Assembly (NCBI GenBank): GCA_002633005.1 | Contig: NMRA01000056.1 | Location: 786,137 to 850,136 of the forward strand | Source: Phoronis australis | Taxonomy: Eukaryota; Animalia; Phoronida | Direction: 5' to 3' | Length of the DNA: 64,000 bases | In this document: positions 13,801-28,800 of the stretch, piece after piece | How positions within the stretch are numbered: position 1 is the stretch's first letter | Layout of the letters: each line of letters starts with the position of its first letter | Position numbers and translations under genes: made by a program | The notes under the pieces: generated by a model | What the model was told of the DNA's origin: nothing | Seen by the model: only the letters and a program-made list of their open reading frames with translations | Databases searched by the model: none

Positions 13801-16800
13801 GGGATGATCTCTGATGACACATTGATGGCAACATCGGCTCTGGCATTCTGTCAAATTGAATGAAAACATCATCACTTCCGAAGAATTTAAATTAAGCAAC
13901 TAAAAATGTAACTGCAAGTAATAATGCTAATTAAACCACACTCCACAGCTACTACGTTTCAATAAATATGTAAATTCAGGTGAGAACTATACCTGTTTAA
14001 TGAAACTTGTCTCACTTCTGCTGAATAGCTTGAATGGGTGGTGAGCCGCCTTGAACAGTTCCTTAATGGACAGAATGCAGGAAGAATGATGATTCAATGT
14101 CAGAGCAACAGCTAAGTTTTACTTAAAACAATGTCATTAGAAGAGCACGAGCACGTAATCCACCAAAAGTTCACATTTAAATTATCACATCCACTGTAGA
14201 AGCTATAAAGTATTCACACATTACATACGGATACTACAATTATTATTACTGATAACAGTCCTTTCACTACCTGATATTGTCACTTGGTATAAGCAAAAAC
14301 AAAAATAAACCCATTCGTTACCATGTTTTTAAACTTTATTTCACATGATGTGAAAACCAAGGACATTTACCAGCAAAAAAAATCAAAAAAATATGAACCT
14401 TACCAAAATTTGACCACTTCATCTGTCAAATCAACTACAGGTCATTTCCAACAAATTATTCAAATTGCGAGACCTGAGTTTGGTAAATAAGACTCAACAG
14501 TAAAAAATTCAAATTAACATGAATTTTCTATATGTTATGTAGAGATCAAATTGTGATCCTTGATCTAGGTACAAAAAATCCCCACAGCCGCGTGTTCCTG
14601 TATTCTCTGACTACAGCAGAAAAAATTAATCGGTGCTTCCGGAAACGCCCGAAACCCTGGCTGTCAAATGCTAATGACCTCAACAGGATTGTGGAAAAAA
14701 GTCAAACCTTTGTGAAAACTCGTAAAACTGTTTTATACATTCATTCAAAACGTTAACGCGAAATCAATCAAATTATGGTAAAGATCAAGAAAGACACCAA
14801 ATTCTCGAATTTGGTATATGACTAATTAGGAAATCAATGTTTCTTGATTTCACATTTAAGTAACAACTTAAGTGAAAACTAAGTGCAACAACATTGTGCC
14901 ACTGCTGTTATTTTTATACCTTCTTCTTGTCACTTCTGAACTGCTTTCTGATGTCCGGATAAAAGGTATACACTGCCAGTGAAAAAGCCTGAAAAGCAAA
15001 CCAAACGATGTATCATCACAGGGCTTGGAATGAATCATCACAGGGCTTGGAATGAATCATCACAGGGCTTGGAATGAATCATCACAGGGTTTGTAATGAA
15101 TCACCACAGGATGTGGAATGAATATTCGCGGGACTCTGAACGAATCAGATCAGGACTTGGAATGAATCGTTGCAAGACCTCGAACGACTTGAAGTGAAAC
15201 AGGGCAGAACTTGGGGCTTTTTGCAAAGATGGACCACACCAATGCTGGGGAAATTTTACAGGGGAAACAATCGATCTAAGGGCCGAAAATGCATTCTTGG
15301 GATTATTGTTAGAAGGATAGACTTTTTGACCAGAGTAATAAAACAGCACAATTTTTATTTTGAGAATTTATTAGAAATTAGTTATTCCTGATATTGGCTT
15401 CTAATCATTTGATAGATTAATTGGAATTGAGGTAGGTGACCTTGTCAGTTAAATACTCTTCAAATACACAGCTACTAGGTTGCCACATTGGCTTTCAGCT
15501 CTACTGGTAAAGCATCAGACTGCGACAGCTAACATTGTGGGTTCAAACCCATTATGAAGCCGATCTCAAATACACAATGTTGTTGCAGATAATGCAACGT
15601 TGTTTCATCAAAAGTGGTTTAGCGAGAACTATCAGCTGTTTAAATGCAATGAGACGTGGTTAATGTAAGAAGCAAAAGTTAACCATTTCGTACGCATATT
15701 GTGACGGGTTTTAGAAGTTGCTATCAATGATGCCAGCATTCTTCTGCAAAAAAGTTGGATCAATACCCTAATCATAAAATTAGTCTCAAGTTGTTCTTCA
15801 CTCAGCCTAGAAGTGACGGGTTGGAAAAAAGTGACTCAATGGTTCCACAAAACATCTAACCCTGACTTTTAAAAAAGTTGACTTTTAAATGCCAACACTG
15901 CTCAACATCTTACATTTACATACTAACTGCAATTTCTCAACTGAAAATCCGAGACAATTAATACTTGGCTGGAGACAATACCTTAGATGAAGGAACTTGG
16001 AAAAATGTGGTGGCCCCTGTAGCAATGATTGGACCAATGGTTGACTTTGCCTTGTTTGACTTGACCAGTGAGAGGAAGAGAGATAAGTCTGCAGACACAG
16101 AGAGATTTAGTCATCAACTTAATTTTATAAAACAAGAAAAACAGTACAAAGAGTAGACCTACAAGTGACAACCAGTTTTCAATATAGATTATTTAGCAAA
16201 CTACAGAATAGAATGATTTTGGTTACAAATTGTTCCCTGATTTCCAGACTGACAGTTTGATATTGCTTGACACCAGACTCTACAAGTTGACAACTGATCA
16301 AAACACGGGTTTTACAAGCTTACATTGAATTTTGTATAGCATGGAATAGTCAGCATCTTGATCTTAAATAAATATATTCATGCCAAATTCACTCCCTTTC
16401 AAAGCTAAGAATAGGGAGACAAAAGGCCACCAGTATAATACACACAGTCTGTCAATGAGCAAGGCATTCAAATGTAAAACTAAGGAGTGAAAGTGCGCAG
16501 TCTAAACACAGTACAGCCCAACCTTTGTTTCCTGACTTACCAACAAGCTGATATCGCAGAAAATCGGGGCTCTCCAAGAGCTTCCTGGTGAATGCATCTG
16601 TCACGGACTGTGCATTGACGAGAGTGTTATTGATGTTACTAGACTTGAGTGACTTATACAGAGACTTTGCTCTATCGACATTCTGTTGTAGAACGATGAA
16701 AGTGCTGTTTCGATGAGCCGAGGCTAGTTTCGTGATCAACGAAGCTGAAAGATACCACTGAGTTTTATATCTTTACTGGTGAAAGGAGTCATTGAAATAA

Positions 16801-19800
16801 TGTTTTTGTTATACATTAATCCTAGTAGAGTGAAAAACTGAAATTACTACCATAAGACAAAGATCCTTTTCTGGCATACAGAATGAAAGTCACAGCCTAA
16901 CATTCATTCATGACAGTGGGAGTTTCTAACCTTTCTATTTCGTGTTGGTATTGCCAATGTTGTGTCTCGTCAGTTGTTCCTCTTTAGTTTTTAGGTTACG
17001 TGATACTATGTCATTCCTGCGTGAGCTAGAAACTAACTGAATTTTTAAATTAAACATAATGTTTTGAAAACAATTATATAAAATAACGTGAGATGTGATA
17101 TGGTAAGATTAAGATGTTCAGCACATGCACTAATGATTGAAAAGGTAAGACACTTGAAACTTAACAGATCAGAAAGATTATGCCCTCTCTGTATTTGGCC
17201 ATGTGTCAGTCAGAATATCATTTTGATACTGGATATCCATTCTACGATGACCTTAAGAAACAGTATTTGCCTGCACAGATCTACAACAATTCCAGACTCG
17301 TGTCTATGGAAATAAAAGATATTATAAGGTCAACATGTATGTTCATTTCGTATTCAAGCGAAGAAGAGATCAGTCAGTGTTTGACATTTATTGTATTTGA
17401 TGATTTGATCGTAACAAGGGCCAGGGGCCAAGTTATTGAATAAATACATATTATAATATTAAATTTGTATGATATATTAGTTATAACTATAATTGTCTTT
17501 CACTCCCCCACTTTCTATTGTTACATGTCTTGACTTCACAACCAGTAGTGCTATATTCAGCCCACTGTTATCTTGCTAGACTTTACACAGTTTACCTACC
17601 ACTGCTGATGATGACCAGAATGCTAGGAACATTCAGGTTTTAAAATTTGAACACTCTATGAGTCTTTTATCACATATTCTAGGTTATGTAGGACCTTACC
17701 GAAATGTCCCAATTTGGCCAACTTCGGAACTTACGTCATATTTCAGAGAGGGGAGATCAAATTCTTATGAAATTTTCAGATACTGTGCTTTAAGCAACGT
17801 TCTCCAAAAAATGGAATTGTTTTTAAACAGTTCTACTTTTGTACGAGGGCTATGAAAAATAGGACATTCAGGATTTTCATGAAAAAAATCATAAGTCGCA
17901 TAAAAAATGAAACAATAAATTTAGAAAAACTGTAGCCTACACCATTTATGAGATTCACCATGAAGATTCATATTAAACAAAATTTGTTCATGTTGTTGAT
18001 ACCATGTTTTTCCTATTCGCAAAATTTTACAAACAAGATATGGTCACGTCACCCAATTAAAGGCAGATTGATAAACAAACATCAAATTCTACAGGCTTTC
18101 TACTTTCAGTATGTAATTTTACTGACTTAAAATCTATAACTTTTAGACATTTAAACACACAAACTTGACGATAAGGTCCTATACAACCTTGTGTTGGTAA
18201 GTGCATGTACCACCTCACATCCTGACTTATGCCACAGCCATGTGACGACTACTGCAGTCTGTATGCTCAAGGGCAGATTCAGTTAATACTCTGCACTGAC
18301 AATATGAAGAGTTTTACGCCTACACATATTTTTCACAATGCATGCTTACACTGCTTTTCATTCCAGTGTGATTGCCACTTGGCACCAGAATCGCATCTAC
18401 ACAAAGCTCTCTCATAAAAAAGAAGCATTAATTTGATAAAATCTAAATTTTTGCCACAAACTTTGAAAAGGAATTCCATAATACCTTCATCCGAATTATA
18501 GTCCAAGAATGAAAATGGTTCTTTGATCAGTTCTCCATCAATGGATTCAGCAAGCAGCAGCCTCTCAGTCTGATAGCGTGTCTGTACATTGGCAAGGAAA
18601 GGCTTATCCGATGCTGCCACCTTGTGGTGTATCAGGGAGGCGTTGAACCAAACGATGTGCGTCGGACACATGTCTTGGTGGATTCCCAGAGAGAAATACT
18701 GAGAGAATAAATTGCTCCTGCAAGAAATTGGTTTAAATTTTCAGAATTAAGATTCCAAAAATCTGAATTTCTCAAAACAACATTATGACAATTCCAAAAT
18801 TCATACACGCTTATTATGCCATGAGTTACATTACAAATGTTCACATTTAAAATTGTACACATGCCAAATGTAATTGAGCTTAACACTTTAAAAGCGACAG
18901 AGCAAATTTTCATCTTATCACGTCTTTAAAACCCTAATATATAGAGGATTGCCCACCACTAATGCCTTCTACTGTTCAGGCCATCAACCAGCCATTTTCA
19001 AATTACGCAAGACCCAAAATGTTTTCGGTGGATGAACAACACGATCAAAAAAATAACTCCAACACATATACTATAATATCTAAAAAAATAACTAATCAAG
19101 TTCAGTCCTAAGCAAACTACACAATCCTGTACTGGAGGTTGTTTCCAAGCCCCAAAGTCACTTCTAACTTTGGTCAAATGTCAATCCTATGGTACAGCTG
19201 AGGTAAGTGGACTTAAAATCCTGTCTTTTGAAATTACAAATCACCAAGAATGGGCCATAGCAAATGAACACCCTGAGTACAAAACCATTACACCAATTTA
19301 TGCTGTCTACAGTGCTTACCTGTCTCTGCCTTTCACACCAATCTCTGTCAGAAACTCAAGGCCAACTCCGGTCTGAGCCCTCAGTAGCGGAAGTGGGACA
19401 CCTTCGTCAACTGAGGTTGAAACTGTTGCGTCAGCATCAAGAGTAAGCGTTGCTGAGGTGCTTTCGCAATCAATTAAAACCTAAAACAGAGATCAATGCT
19501 CATCCAATGAATTAATATATTAAAACATTTCCTTGGAAGCACAAAAAACAAAATCACACAAAAAATATTTTATACCATTCTTCAAACACAACACTACAAA
19601 TCAACAATGTATACACTATTTACCCCCTGCAGGTGCACCCAGACGAGTTACTTTTTAGTAATCAGTAAAAAAAGATTCCCGTGGCGTCCGAAGTTCTTGT
19701 AGTTTACTTAACATTTCGTATATAATAAAAACCAGTTGAACACTTTGTTTTCTTTTTTAAAAGGGGTTCCAAAAAGTATTCTATTTTAATCTAAATGAAC

Positions 19801-22800
19801 TTTGGAGTCGAACCTATCTTTCCTTTGCAGGAGAATCATGACAACTATTACGTAAGGCAAGCAAAAAAAACTAGTGACTCGTGAACACCGCGAAGTCAGC
19901 TTGACCTGCTCTTGCAGAATCTTGCAACCGGGATAGCTAACTCTCTCTAACATATCTTAATCTGATGCTAACTTATCTATTAGCAGAAACATTCCATTAA
20001 GCAACTCCTAAGTTACATGGCTATTGATTTTAAAGGGTAGCAACAATTTTTGATGTAGCATTTACTAAAAGTAGGCTGTGACACAAACAGCCAGGCAAAA
20101 GGGAATAAGGGCGGAGGTGGGGAGGGAGGGAGCAAGTGGGAAGGGAGGGAGGGTGNGGAGCGAGGGTGGGGTTGGGAAAAAATACATATACTTACCATGA
20201 ATGACATTAAAAGTTTCAAGATAATGACACAACTACACTTTTTCTGTTGAGAAGGAATTTTGTTGCAAAAAACAAGACTTCAGTCAGTTTATACCACACA
20301 GACAACGAACCTTCCGTATGATGGAGTTCATGGTGACCTTCAGAAATCTCACTGATGTGACGCCGTTTTCTTCATTTGTCAGAACAGTGATTGCCTTGGC
20401 TTCAGCCCCAACAGACTGTAGAGCCCCGTTCACTAGACCCTGACAAGGTATGTATGGGATTCACATGATTATTAAATTCATGAGAAAATTTTAATCGCAG
20501 ACTATCTGCTAAGACTAACAAGACAGAAATTTAAACTTTTGAGCCAGCAATTGTGTTTAAGTATTAAGAGAATTAATAGTATTATGGTACTAAGAGTATA
20601 ATACACACAATTATATTACAATTTAAATTTCAAAAGTTTCAGCACCATAAGCATGCCATAACCCTGTAGTTATGCCAAAAGAAAACATAAAACAATAAAA
20701 ACAATACAAATCATTTTTCTAACTTAACCATCTACACAAAACCATACATGTTTCATCCATTGTAGGAATGTCCAGAAACAGTAGGGAAGGTAATCTTTTC
20801 TCATATTAGGAGGGGATAATTTTAATTCAAGGAAACAACCGTGGGTCATTTACTACTCTGAGTTATGTTACGATCACAGACAGTTATGAAGAATATTATA
20901 TGCAAAAGCAGCTTAGCTTTAAAGACACCATGACTTGGACTCTTTAAATAGCTTAGCACCACAGCCACCTCTACAGTAGGAAAGACAAAGTCTCCCCAAA
21001 GACAAAACATTTGGTTTATACGACACCGTCTCAGGGGTACAATGAAACACACCCAATGAAATAGTCACCAAAACGTAACCTTAAAATTTTTAAACACAAT
21101 CGCAGGAGAGATTTCTGGCTACAACGTAAAAACGAAGTAACCTCCTTCTAAAAGTGCATTTTGATAAGTTAAGCCTTAATAATAAAGCAATTAGTTAATA
21201 CAAATAACATATCCGAATGACTACACATAATTATAAGACCAAGTCTTTCGATTTTGTACCGATTCCCATCAACCTTCAGTGAGTAACCTCTTAGTAAGCT
21301 CTCCCTAGCAACACGTCACCAAACAATGTGTCCCCTAGCAACAGCATGATACTTACGTCTGGCCAGATGGCGCTATTTTGTTAAAGTGCAAATAAACAGT
21401 GAAACGACAATCAGATATCAGAGAAGGTACTACAAAGAACGAACAGTTGTACAGATCATTAAGCAGGAATCAAAAGCTGTAAACGCTTCGAAATTTACAG
21501 CAGTAAAAAAAAATTTAGCATAGGACAGTTAAATTTTATTACAAATCATTGTGCACAAGTGATGAATTGAAAGCACGCGTAGCATATGGAATAGTTTCAC
21601 AACATCAGATTCTGTCAAATCAGTACAAGAATCAGCAATAGTCACTTACAGGGGTCCTGATTTTGAGAACCAGTTTGATGCTTAATATTCAATGGAGAGA
21701 ACTGGTTCTCAAAACGTGGGACATTTGTGAGTGGCTATTACCTACACAAAGAAAGCAGGTACAAAACAGCCCAAACATGTTCAATTAAATGAATTGCCTG
21801 CATAATGAAATAGAAAGCATATTAGACAGACAAAGTTGAAGACACATTTTTAGTTGCATCATATTGTGCTCTCAACTGTTCCCAGAAAATGCGTAATTTT
21901 AGCTGTAAGACTACTGCCTAACTTTACAACACATGCTGACTTGTCTTCCTTTTCTTCCCATTGAATGGTTTCAAACAAATCAGTAATTGATTATCCTAGA
22001 CATTAGTCACCTACCATAGTGTTCATTATGAATTCCCAGACAGAAAAATGCAAATCGACTACTGTACCAACATGGATGAAGCGTGGTGTGCTAATAGGCA
22101 GCCATAATCTGTCAATGGCCTGAAAGGCTTCCTATTATGGGCACAACAATCGCAACAGTCATTTGCTTACCCAGGATCTGCTTTGATAACGCGGCTCTAC
22201 GTGGCTACAATTTTAGTGATGTGTGATCAAAAACACACTGTAGAGAACCAGTTGCTGTAGAACACTTGAAAGGGACATCCTCCATATTTAGACATCCTCC
22301 GTATTTGGACATCCTCCATATTTGTTTTGCACTTATGGAGCTTTGCAACAGTAACAATCGTAGGCGTGTCCTCACTATCATAGTGTGAACTATCCACACG
22401 TGGAAATCGAAAGGATGGCATTAACCAATTACAATGTACTAATAACGCATGGACATGTAATTGTTAGCCATTGGGAACGAACTAACTCCCTTCAGTAGGC
22501 CAATAGGAACATCTTACCTTAAGGTAATCGTGTTGTGCTCTGTTGCTAAGTAACACTGTAGCGAACGCCAGCTGATGAGGGGAGGGGATTTCCAGGTAAG
22601 TAGTACGAGCCATTGTTAGCCACAATCCCAGGTAATAATGGAAGTTGGGGCCTAAGGTTATCACATCGGCAAACACGCTTTCTCCCAGGATCTGAAAACA
22701 AGATCGCGAAAACGAGGAATTAAAATGCATTCAGCATGGTAAAAGCTTCTGTAACTGGAATTATTTTTCGGATATGAAAAATTTTATCTGAATTTATAAC

Positions 22801-25800
22801 ACGTCAATGTGTCACACGTTTATTTAAACGCAAATGTCACAAATAAAATGTGAGTTCACACTTGAAAGTTTTTAATAGTTGTCAAACATACTGTAGAATG
22901 CTGATCAATACTTAGTGACATCATTCAGTTGACTTAAATTGTATGATGTTCACTGTTAACATGTACTGGGAAACCAATGTTTCTCCCTCACGATCTGAAT
23001 GCAATGTTTATTATCGCTTATGAAATTCTTTTCTTATGAGTGAGAAGTAGATTTGTGATACTGCCCAGCAACAGTATTCTTACAAAACTCATTTCTTTCC
23101 TTACAAAGCTCTAATAATGCTCTTCTTTCAAACATTGTCTTTTCTCACAAACCACAACCAATACTTTTAGTTATAGTAAGTAATACATTGATTCACACAT
23201 TTCTGAATACTAAACTCAGCACGTGCAGCCAGAGCTCCAGTCAGAGAAAAAAAAGCGATACGCTTCATGAGAACAGAAATGCTTATTTGAAAAAAGAACC
23301 AAGGCATGAAAAAGAGTAATATACAATTTGTCAAAATGTGTTCATACACAAACTAAAGCTCTATATGAGTCAGAATGCTCGAGTCAGTTGATGAGCTACA
23401 AAAAATGGGTACCCAGATTGCAGTTTTTTAAGTTATTGTCATAAGCATTAGGAAAACATATAGAAAAGGTTCATAGTAACCTGGACAGCCAATAGTTCTG
23501 GCATTGAGCTCAGCCTCTCCATGAGTCCAGCAGTCATCGTACGTGGCACAATCAATTGATTTTCCATCATGAAAGTGTCAACAAGTTGTCTGAAAGAGAG
23601 CAGGAAGAAAAATTACTCCATCATCAACTCCTTCAATGTTAATGCAACCTTTAAGCGACTTCACACTAAGCCCACCTGAATGCCAATGTCGCCTTTTGGC
23701 GATCTAGGTACCTGTCGCCGATTTGTCTATTTTTAGCTGTACAAACGGGGATGTTAGAAGCAATTTAAGAAATCACCACTTTATGTGCGTCTTTCGTTTG
23801 GCAGAAAAAAATTGCTGAAAAGCGACATTTTTTTCCTCCAAAGTTTGAGTGATTTGTTAAAGTTGCTGATTTGCCTCAACTGCTGGGTTCAAAGCTATGG
23901 CACCTAGTATTTTGTTGATGCTACTACAACACAAACACTTCATGGTTCAGAGTCAGATGTGGAGTTTCAACAGTCAGCCAACATACGTATTGAGCATTCA
24001 GAACCATACACTACCGTTTTCAAGTTACACTTACCAAATAACGATTTTATAGTCCATTTTGATTGCGAACAAAATTTTCCAATTTGCTCAAAATTTAATT
24101 GGGGCTGGGAAGTGCACCTCGCACTAGAAACTTGGAAGTAAGAGTTAAAAAATTAAAGGAAAGCACCTTGGAGTGAAAACTCTAACACACCATTGTCTTG
24201 TACATTGACCTTTCAACAACCATACTGTATAACTCAAAAAATTTATAGATTGCAGTTTATGGAAAGTGAAAGCAGACCATTTCAACCTAATGTCAGATCA
24301 ATTTATATAAAAGTTGAAACATGTATTGAAAACAAAGATGGTTAGGATATAAGAAAATTACAGGTGAAGAATATTTTGTAGAATTGGCGACACCAAGATG
24401 TCTAGAGTACGGATGAGGGGGTGCACCAGACGGCCGATGTGGATCACCCCCACCCCTTGTCGACCTGCAAACATCCAGAGACCGCATCATTGCCACTCAT
24501 TTGACGATACATTTGTGTACAAGATTCAAAGGCAATGATTTTCTATCATAGGATCATAACTAAATGACGTTTTTAAACACACGACTACAGCTGACTAGCC
24601 ATGATTAAAGTGGAATAGGGTCCCCACAGTTCCATCAAATCATCAAGTCAAACGGGATCCTGGTGGTACAGGATCCAAGAATAACTTGACAACAAACCTC
24701 AGAAAATCTCTTAATCTAAAAATAAATTGACAAACCTCTCGGAGTCCAATGCAGCATTATCCGTGTCAGGCATGACTGAGAGCACATTGGACGATGGGAA
24801 GGTATGAGCCACCTTTGTACCCAGAAGGCTTTGATCTTCACCACCTGTTTAAAGATTGGTACAGCAGAGCAGGTGAGAAAAATGGAGAAACGGAATTCAA
24901 ATATACTATTTTTGGCACGGAAATGTATAAACTAACCTGGGCAGGGGGCCAAATCTTGATACTTGAAATCAGAATGGTGTACTAATGACTTACAGAGAAA
25001 GGCAAACCTCTTGAAATATCCATGCGTGAAGGACACCATGTCCCATACATTTACCAATGAAATGAAGAATACCCCGCTGCACAGACGGTGTCTGCAACTC
25101 ATAAAGCAGGAGAATTTCAATCCCAGCCCATGTCAAAATGCTAAAATAAATTAGTGAATTTAACTTTATCAAACAATGGAAGTGGTTGGCAAAGGGATTT
25201 ATTCCTTTGTTTTAAAATTAATGAACCACTATATGTAACAGTGAATTTCTGTCCACCAAATCTAAGTCTCAGGGTCAAGGAAGTCGCTTTTCCGCTCTCA
25301 TTACGCTAGAAAGCAACAATATGGAAAGTACCCTACAACAGCTTCAACTTTTTTTCGAAGCTCATAGCCTAAAATTGAAATCCGTGTGTATTGCCGTACC
25401 ATAGGTGAGCAGGCTGAATGATGAAAGACCATTAAGAATAGCAGACAAATCGTCTTTCAAGAGCTTCCAAGTTTCATCATAAATTGACTTGGCATCACTC
25501 ATCATGGTTGTTATCACCACCGGGCCAATGTCCAAATCCTGCAAAGCAGAGCGATCAACAGAAGCAAGAGTTTACCAAAACATACCCTTAGTATTCAAAT
25601 TACAGACTTCATATTTTGATAACAAAATCTCACGGAAGAAGTTTGATCTTACCTTTATCAAGAGGCATGGACGTTGTTAAACGTTACAGACAGTTTAAAC
25701 AAGACAAAAATAATCGCAAATATTGCATTTTTTTTAAATCTTGAACCAGCATGGAAATATATATCACAAACATTTTTAAGTCTGGTCTGCAGACTGCACA

Positions 25801-28800
25801 AATGCCCAAAACCTAAAGCAAAGCACTCGCGGAACTAAGGAGCAAACGAATCAGAACAAGAAATTCGAGAAACCATGTCACTATAATAGTTTCGAGCAAA
25901 ATGTCACTTTACTGAGAGTAACAGAATTCTCCAACACTGAATACTTCTGGTGAAGAACACACAGATAGTGTGATGGCAGAGGACGCGAGTTGAATGTGCT
26001 TTCTACAAGAACTTTGTGATCTGGTAAAAGACATAGCTACAAAAGTATTGCTCTTCATTTCAATTTTGTCATACTCCAACTACAGCATCTACTGGCTCTC
26101 CATCTGTTGGCGAGATGGTGAACAAAATAAGCTGAGTGTCCGGATGAAACTGTCAAAAGAGCTTGTATTGCCGTGGTGATGTTACACCCTTAAAGGGAAC
26201 TAAATTTGCTCAGTTCATATGTTAATTAACTGACCTCATTTTCATCATCACCATCCTCATTTTCTTCATCCTCATCTTCGTCATTAACAACGTCTAAATC
26301 TGCAAAACAAATGGAAATTTAAATATCTAATTTTAACTCTTTCATTGCCACGAGCAATTACCCCATCATTGCGAAACGTGCTGATCGGCAAGATGAGTAT
26401 TTTCACATTCATGACCCACTTGAACCTCAATATCATGGAGAAAAACTACAGTTTAACAACATTAGCAGACCACAAGAAGACAGTTTTACCAAATCCTAAT
26501 GAGTAGTTTTCACTTTTTTGCATTTTTAAAGAATTTTGTTGTATGGCACATCTATAAAATTGCAATAGCCTTTAAACTGTCCATACCTGTGCATCTACCC
26601 CCGAAACTTTTAAATTAAAAACAATTCACAAATAAATAACAATTTCAGAGCATTTTCAGTGATTACAACCTATGTTATATGTATCCTTAAAATTTATTTG
26701 ACACTGGGAATGCAGAAGATAAATCAAACTTAAGTGGTTAAGCATTGATGGTACTTACCTGTTCTGAAAAAAATAGAAATGTCTCCCACAATGTGTGGTC
26801 AAGTTACGAGATTTTAACCCGGCGTTACTGCAGTTTCTCTAAGAAAAATACTAGTCGTGGCTCTGAGTTTTTAGTCTTAAACTCTGAGGAATTCTTCACT
26901 AATTTTGTTTTTAGCACGCAACATGTCTAACACTTGAAATTCTATTTTCTCAAATTTCGCCAAAAAGTAAAGATTTAACAAAATTTAGTCAATTATGAAC
27001 GGGAAGTGTACAGCGAAGATGTCAAACACAACATTTAGTAAGACTTATTATAGCAATGTAATCTGCCTTCGAAAAATGACAAATTTGACACAATTATTTC
27101 TGTCATGTGTGCAAAATAAGCGGAGAATTGGTTAGAGAACGTTACCAACAAGCATTGTGCAACCATGATATGTCCGCTTTAAATATTTACTGAATGGCAA
27201 TTGTTTATGAATTTTTAACAGGTGACTACAACATCACATATGATTTGTTAAAATGTTGTTTCATGACAGTTATTACAGCAAAAACTATGTCATTAATTAA
27301 ATTTCTTTGTGCTCATTTTTGTGGAAAAATGCGACAAAATGAATTTCTGTGTCGGCCATATTGAGTGCTAAGTATCTGAACAACAACAACATTCTTGTAT
27401 TAGTCCAAAAATCCAACATTTTGGATTTAACAATGACTGTGTACCTGACTTCATGACCAGATTGAGGCTAATTTCAGAATGGATAAAAGGTTCCAATTTG
27501 CTGGTAATTCATTGACAAATAGCTGTGCACACTAACCTGGTGTTGTTGTCTTGTGATACACAGGACGTCTTGTGTTCTGTTCATCACCGTGGAACATAAG
27601 AAGGCGCTGTAAAGCAAGTTGATGAATCACATGACCAAATCCTGACAAGTTTACCAAATCACGAAAAAATGTTTGAGCTCAACTCTACAAACTGAAGCAC
27701 TAGAAGGGGTTTTTTCCACAAAGCTTATGACCTCAGCATGAAAATTATGCAGTACCCCACTAATGGGGGTCAAAGTAGTAACTTGTTTCCATCGTCAAAG
27801 CAACCCAAGAGATATCAAGGGCGACTGACAAGATGCAAAGGAATGGACAACCATGTCAAAATTGATGGCTTTCTGACATGTTTCTTTGCTTGCCCATGCC
27901 CTGAATGTCGGTAGAAATCATTTTCAATTACATTACGGAAATGGTTGTTGCTTATTTTGTGTGGTTGAACGACTTCACATATATGTTGCCATTTGTGTGG
28001 TGAATGTCTCCCGATAAAATTAGGTGAAAATTCATTACAGACCCTGTTCTATCCCCCTCAGTTGACTTTTGATTGATGCAGTGAAGCTTGAGATTCAGTG
28101 ACAGTCACAAGTGAAGCGGGGGACCTTCACACAAGAATGTGACAAATCCCTTACCACACCATGTTGACGCAATGCTTTTTGCCCTTAATCCATTCAAAGT
28201 CAGAAAGAAGGACCTTTATTTTATTAGCACCGCCTAGTGAAGACCAAGATGCCCATAACAGGCTCAAACCAACCCTGATAACATTTGATGACCAGACCAC
28301 AATATCCCAGTTGACATAGCCAGCTCTAACAAGACTGATTGTGAAAAGTTTGCTTTATCCCCAGCCTCTTCATAGTTAACTTCACACAATCCAGAACTCA
28401 AAAATTGTCTAATGATAATTATGTTTGTTTAGAGAGTAAAAAACAGTAGAAAATACAACTGGGTTGCTTTCCATCGACGTACGATACTCGTGAAAAAAGC
28501 TAGTGTCATAATCGTTAGGCATTATATTGAAAAGACTGGCGTGATCTAGCATTTCTACGAGATTCTTGACATGCATTTATGAAATGCAGCCCCAGAATTC
28601 TTACCCTTCTAAATCCCTCATCATCAGACTTCTGAATCAGTCCAAAGTCATGATCTTCCCCGTTGAGTATAGCATCACCTGGCTTGTTTATACCATCAAC
28701 ATCACCTACAACACCGTGCCTCTCTTCGCCAGCATTTACTTTGTCACCAGTGTCAACTGCATGATTTGGAAAAGAAAACGGTCTTTTTATGTCCTTTCCC

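Noticed and set aside
15490-15560. tRNA-like sequence (similar remnants at about 10810, 44650 and 53320)
   Set aside because: A/B-box traces only, with no complete cloverleaf; better explained as decayed SINE heads.
20100-20175. G-rich tract with G-quadruplex potential
   Set aside because: It contains an assembly N, so the sequence is unreliable, and nothing supports a function.
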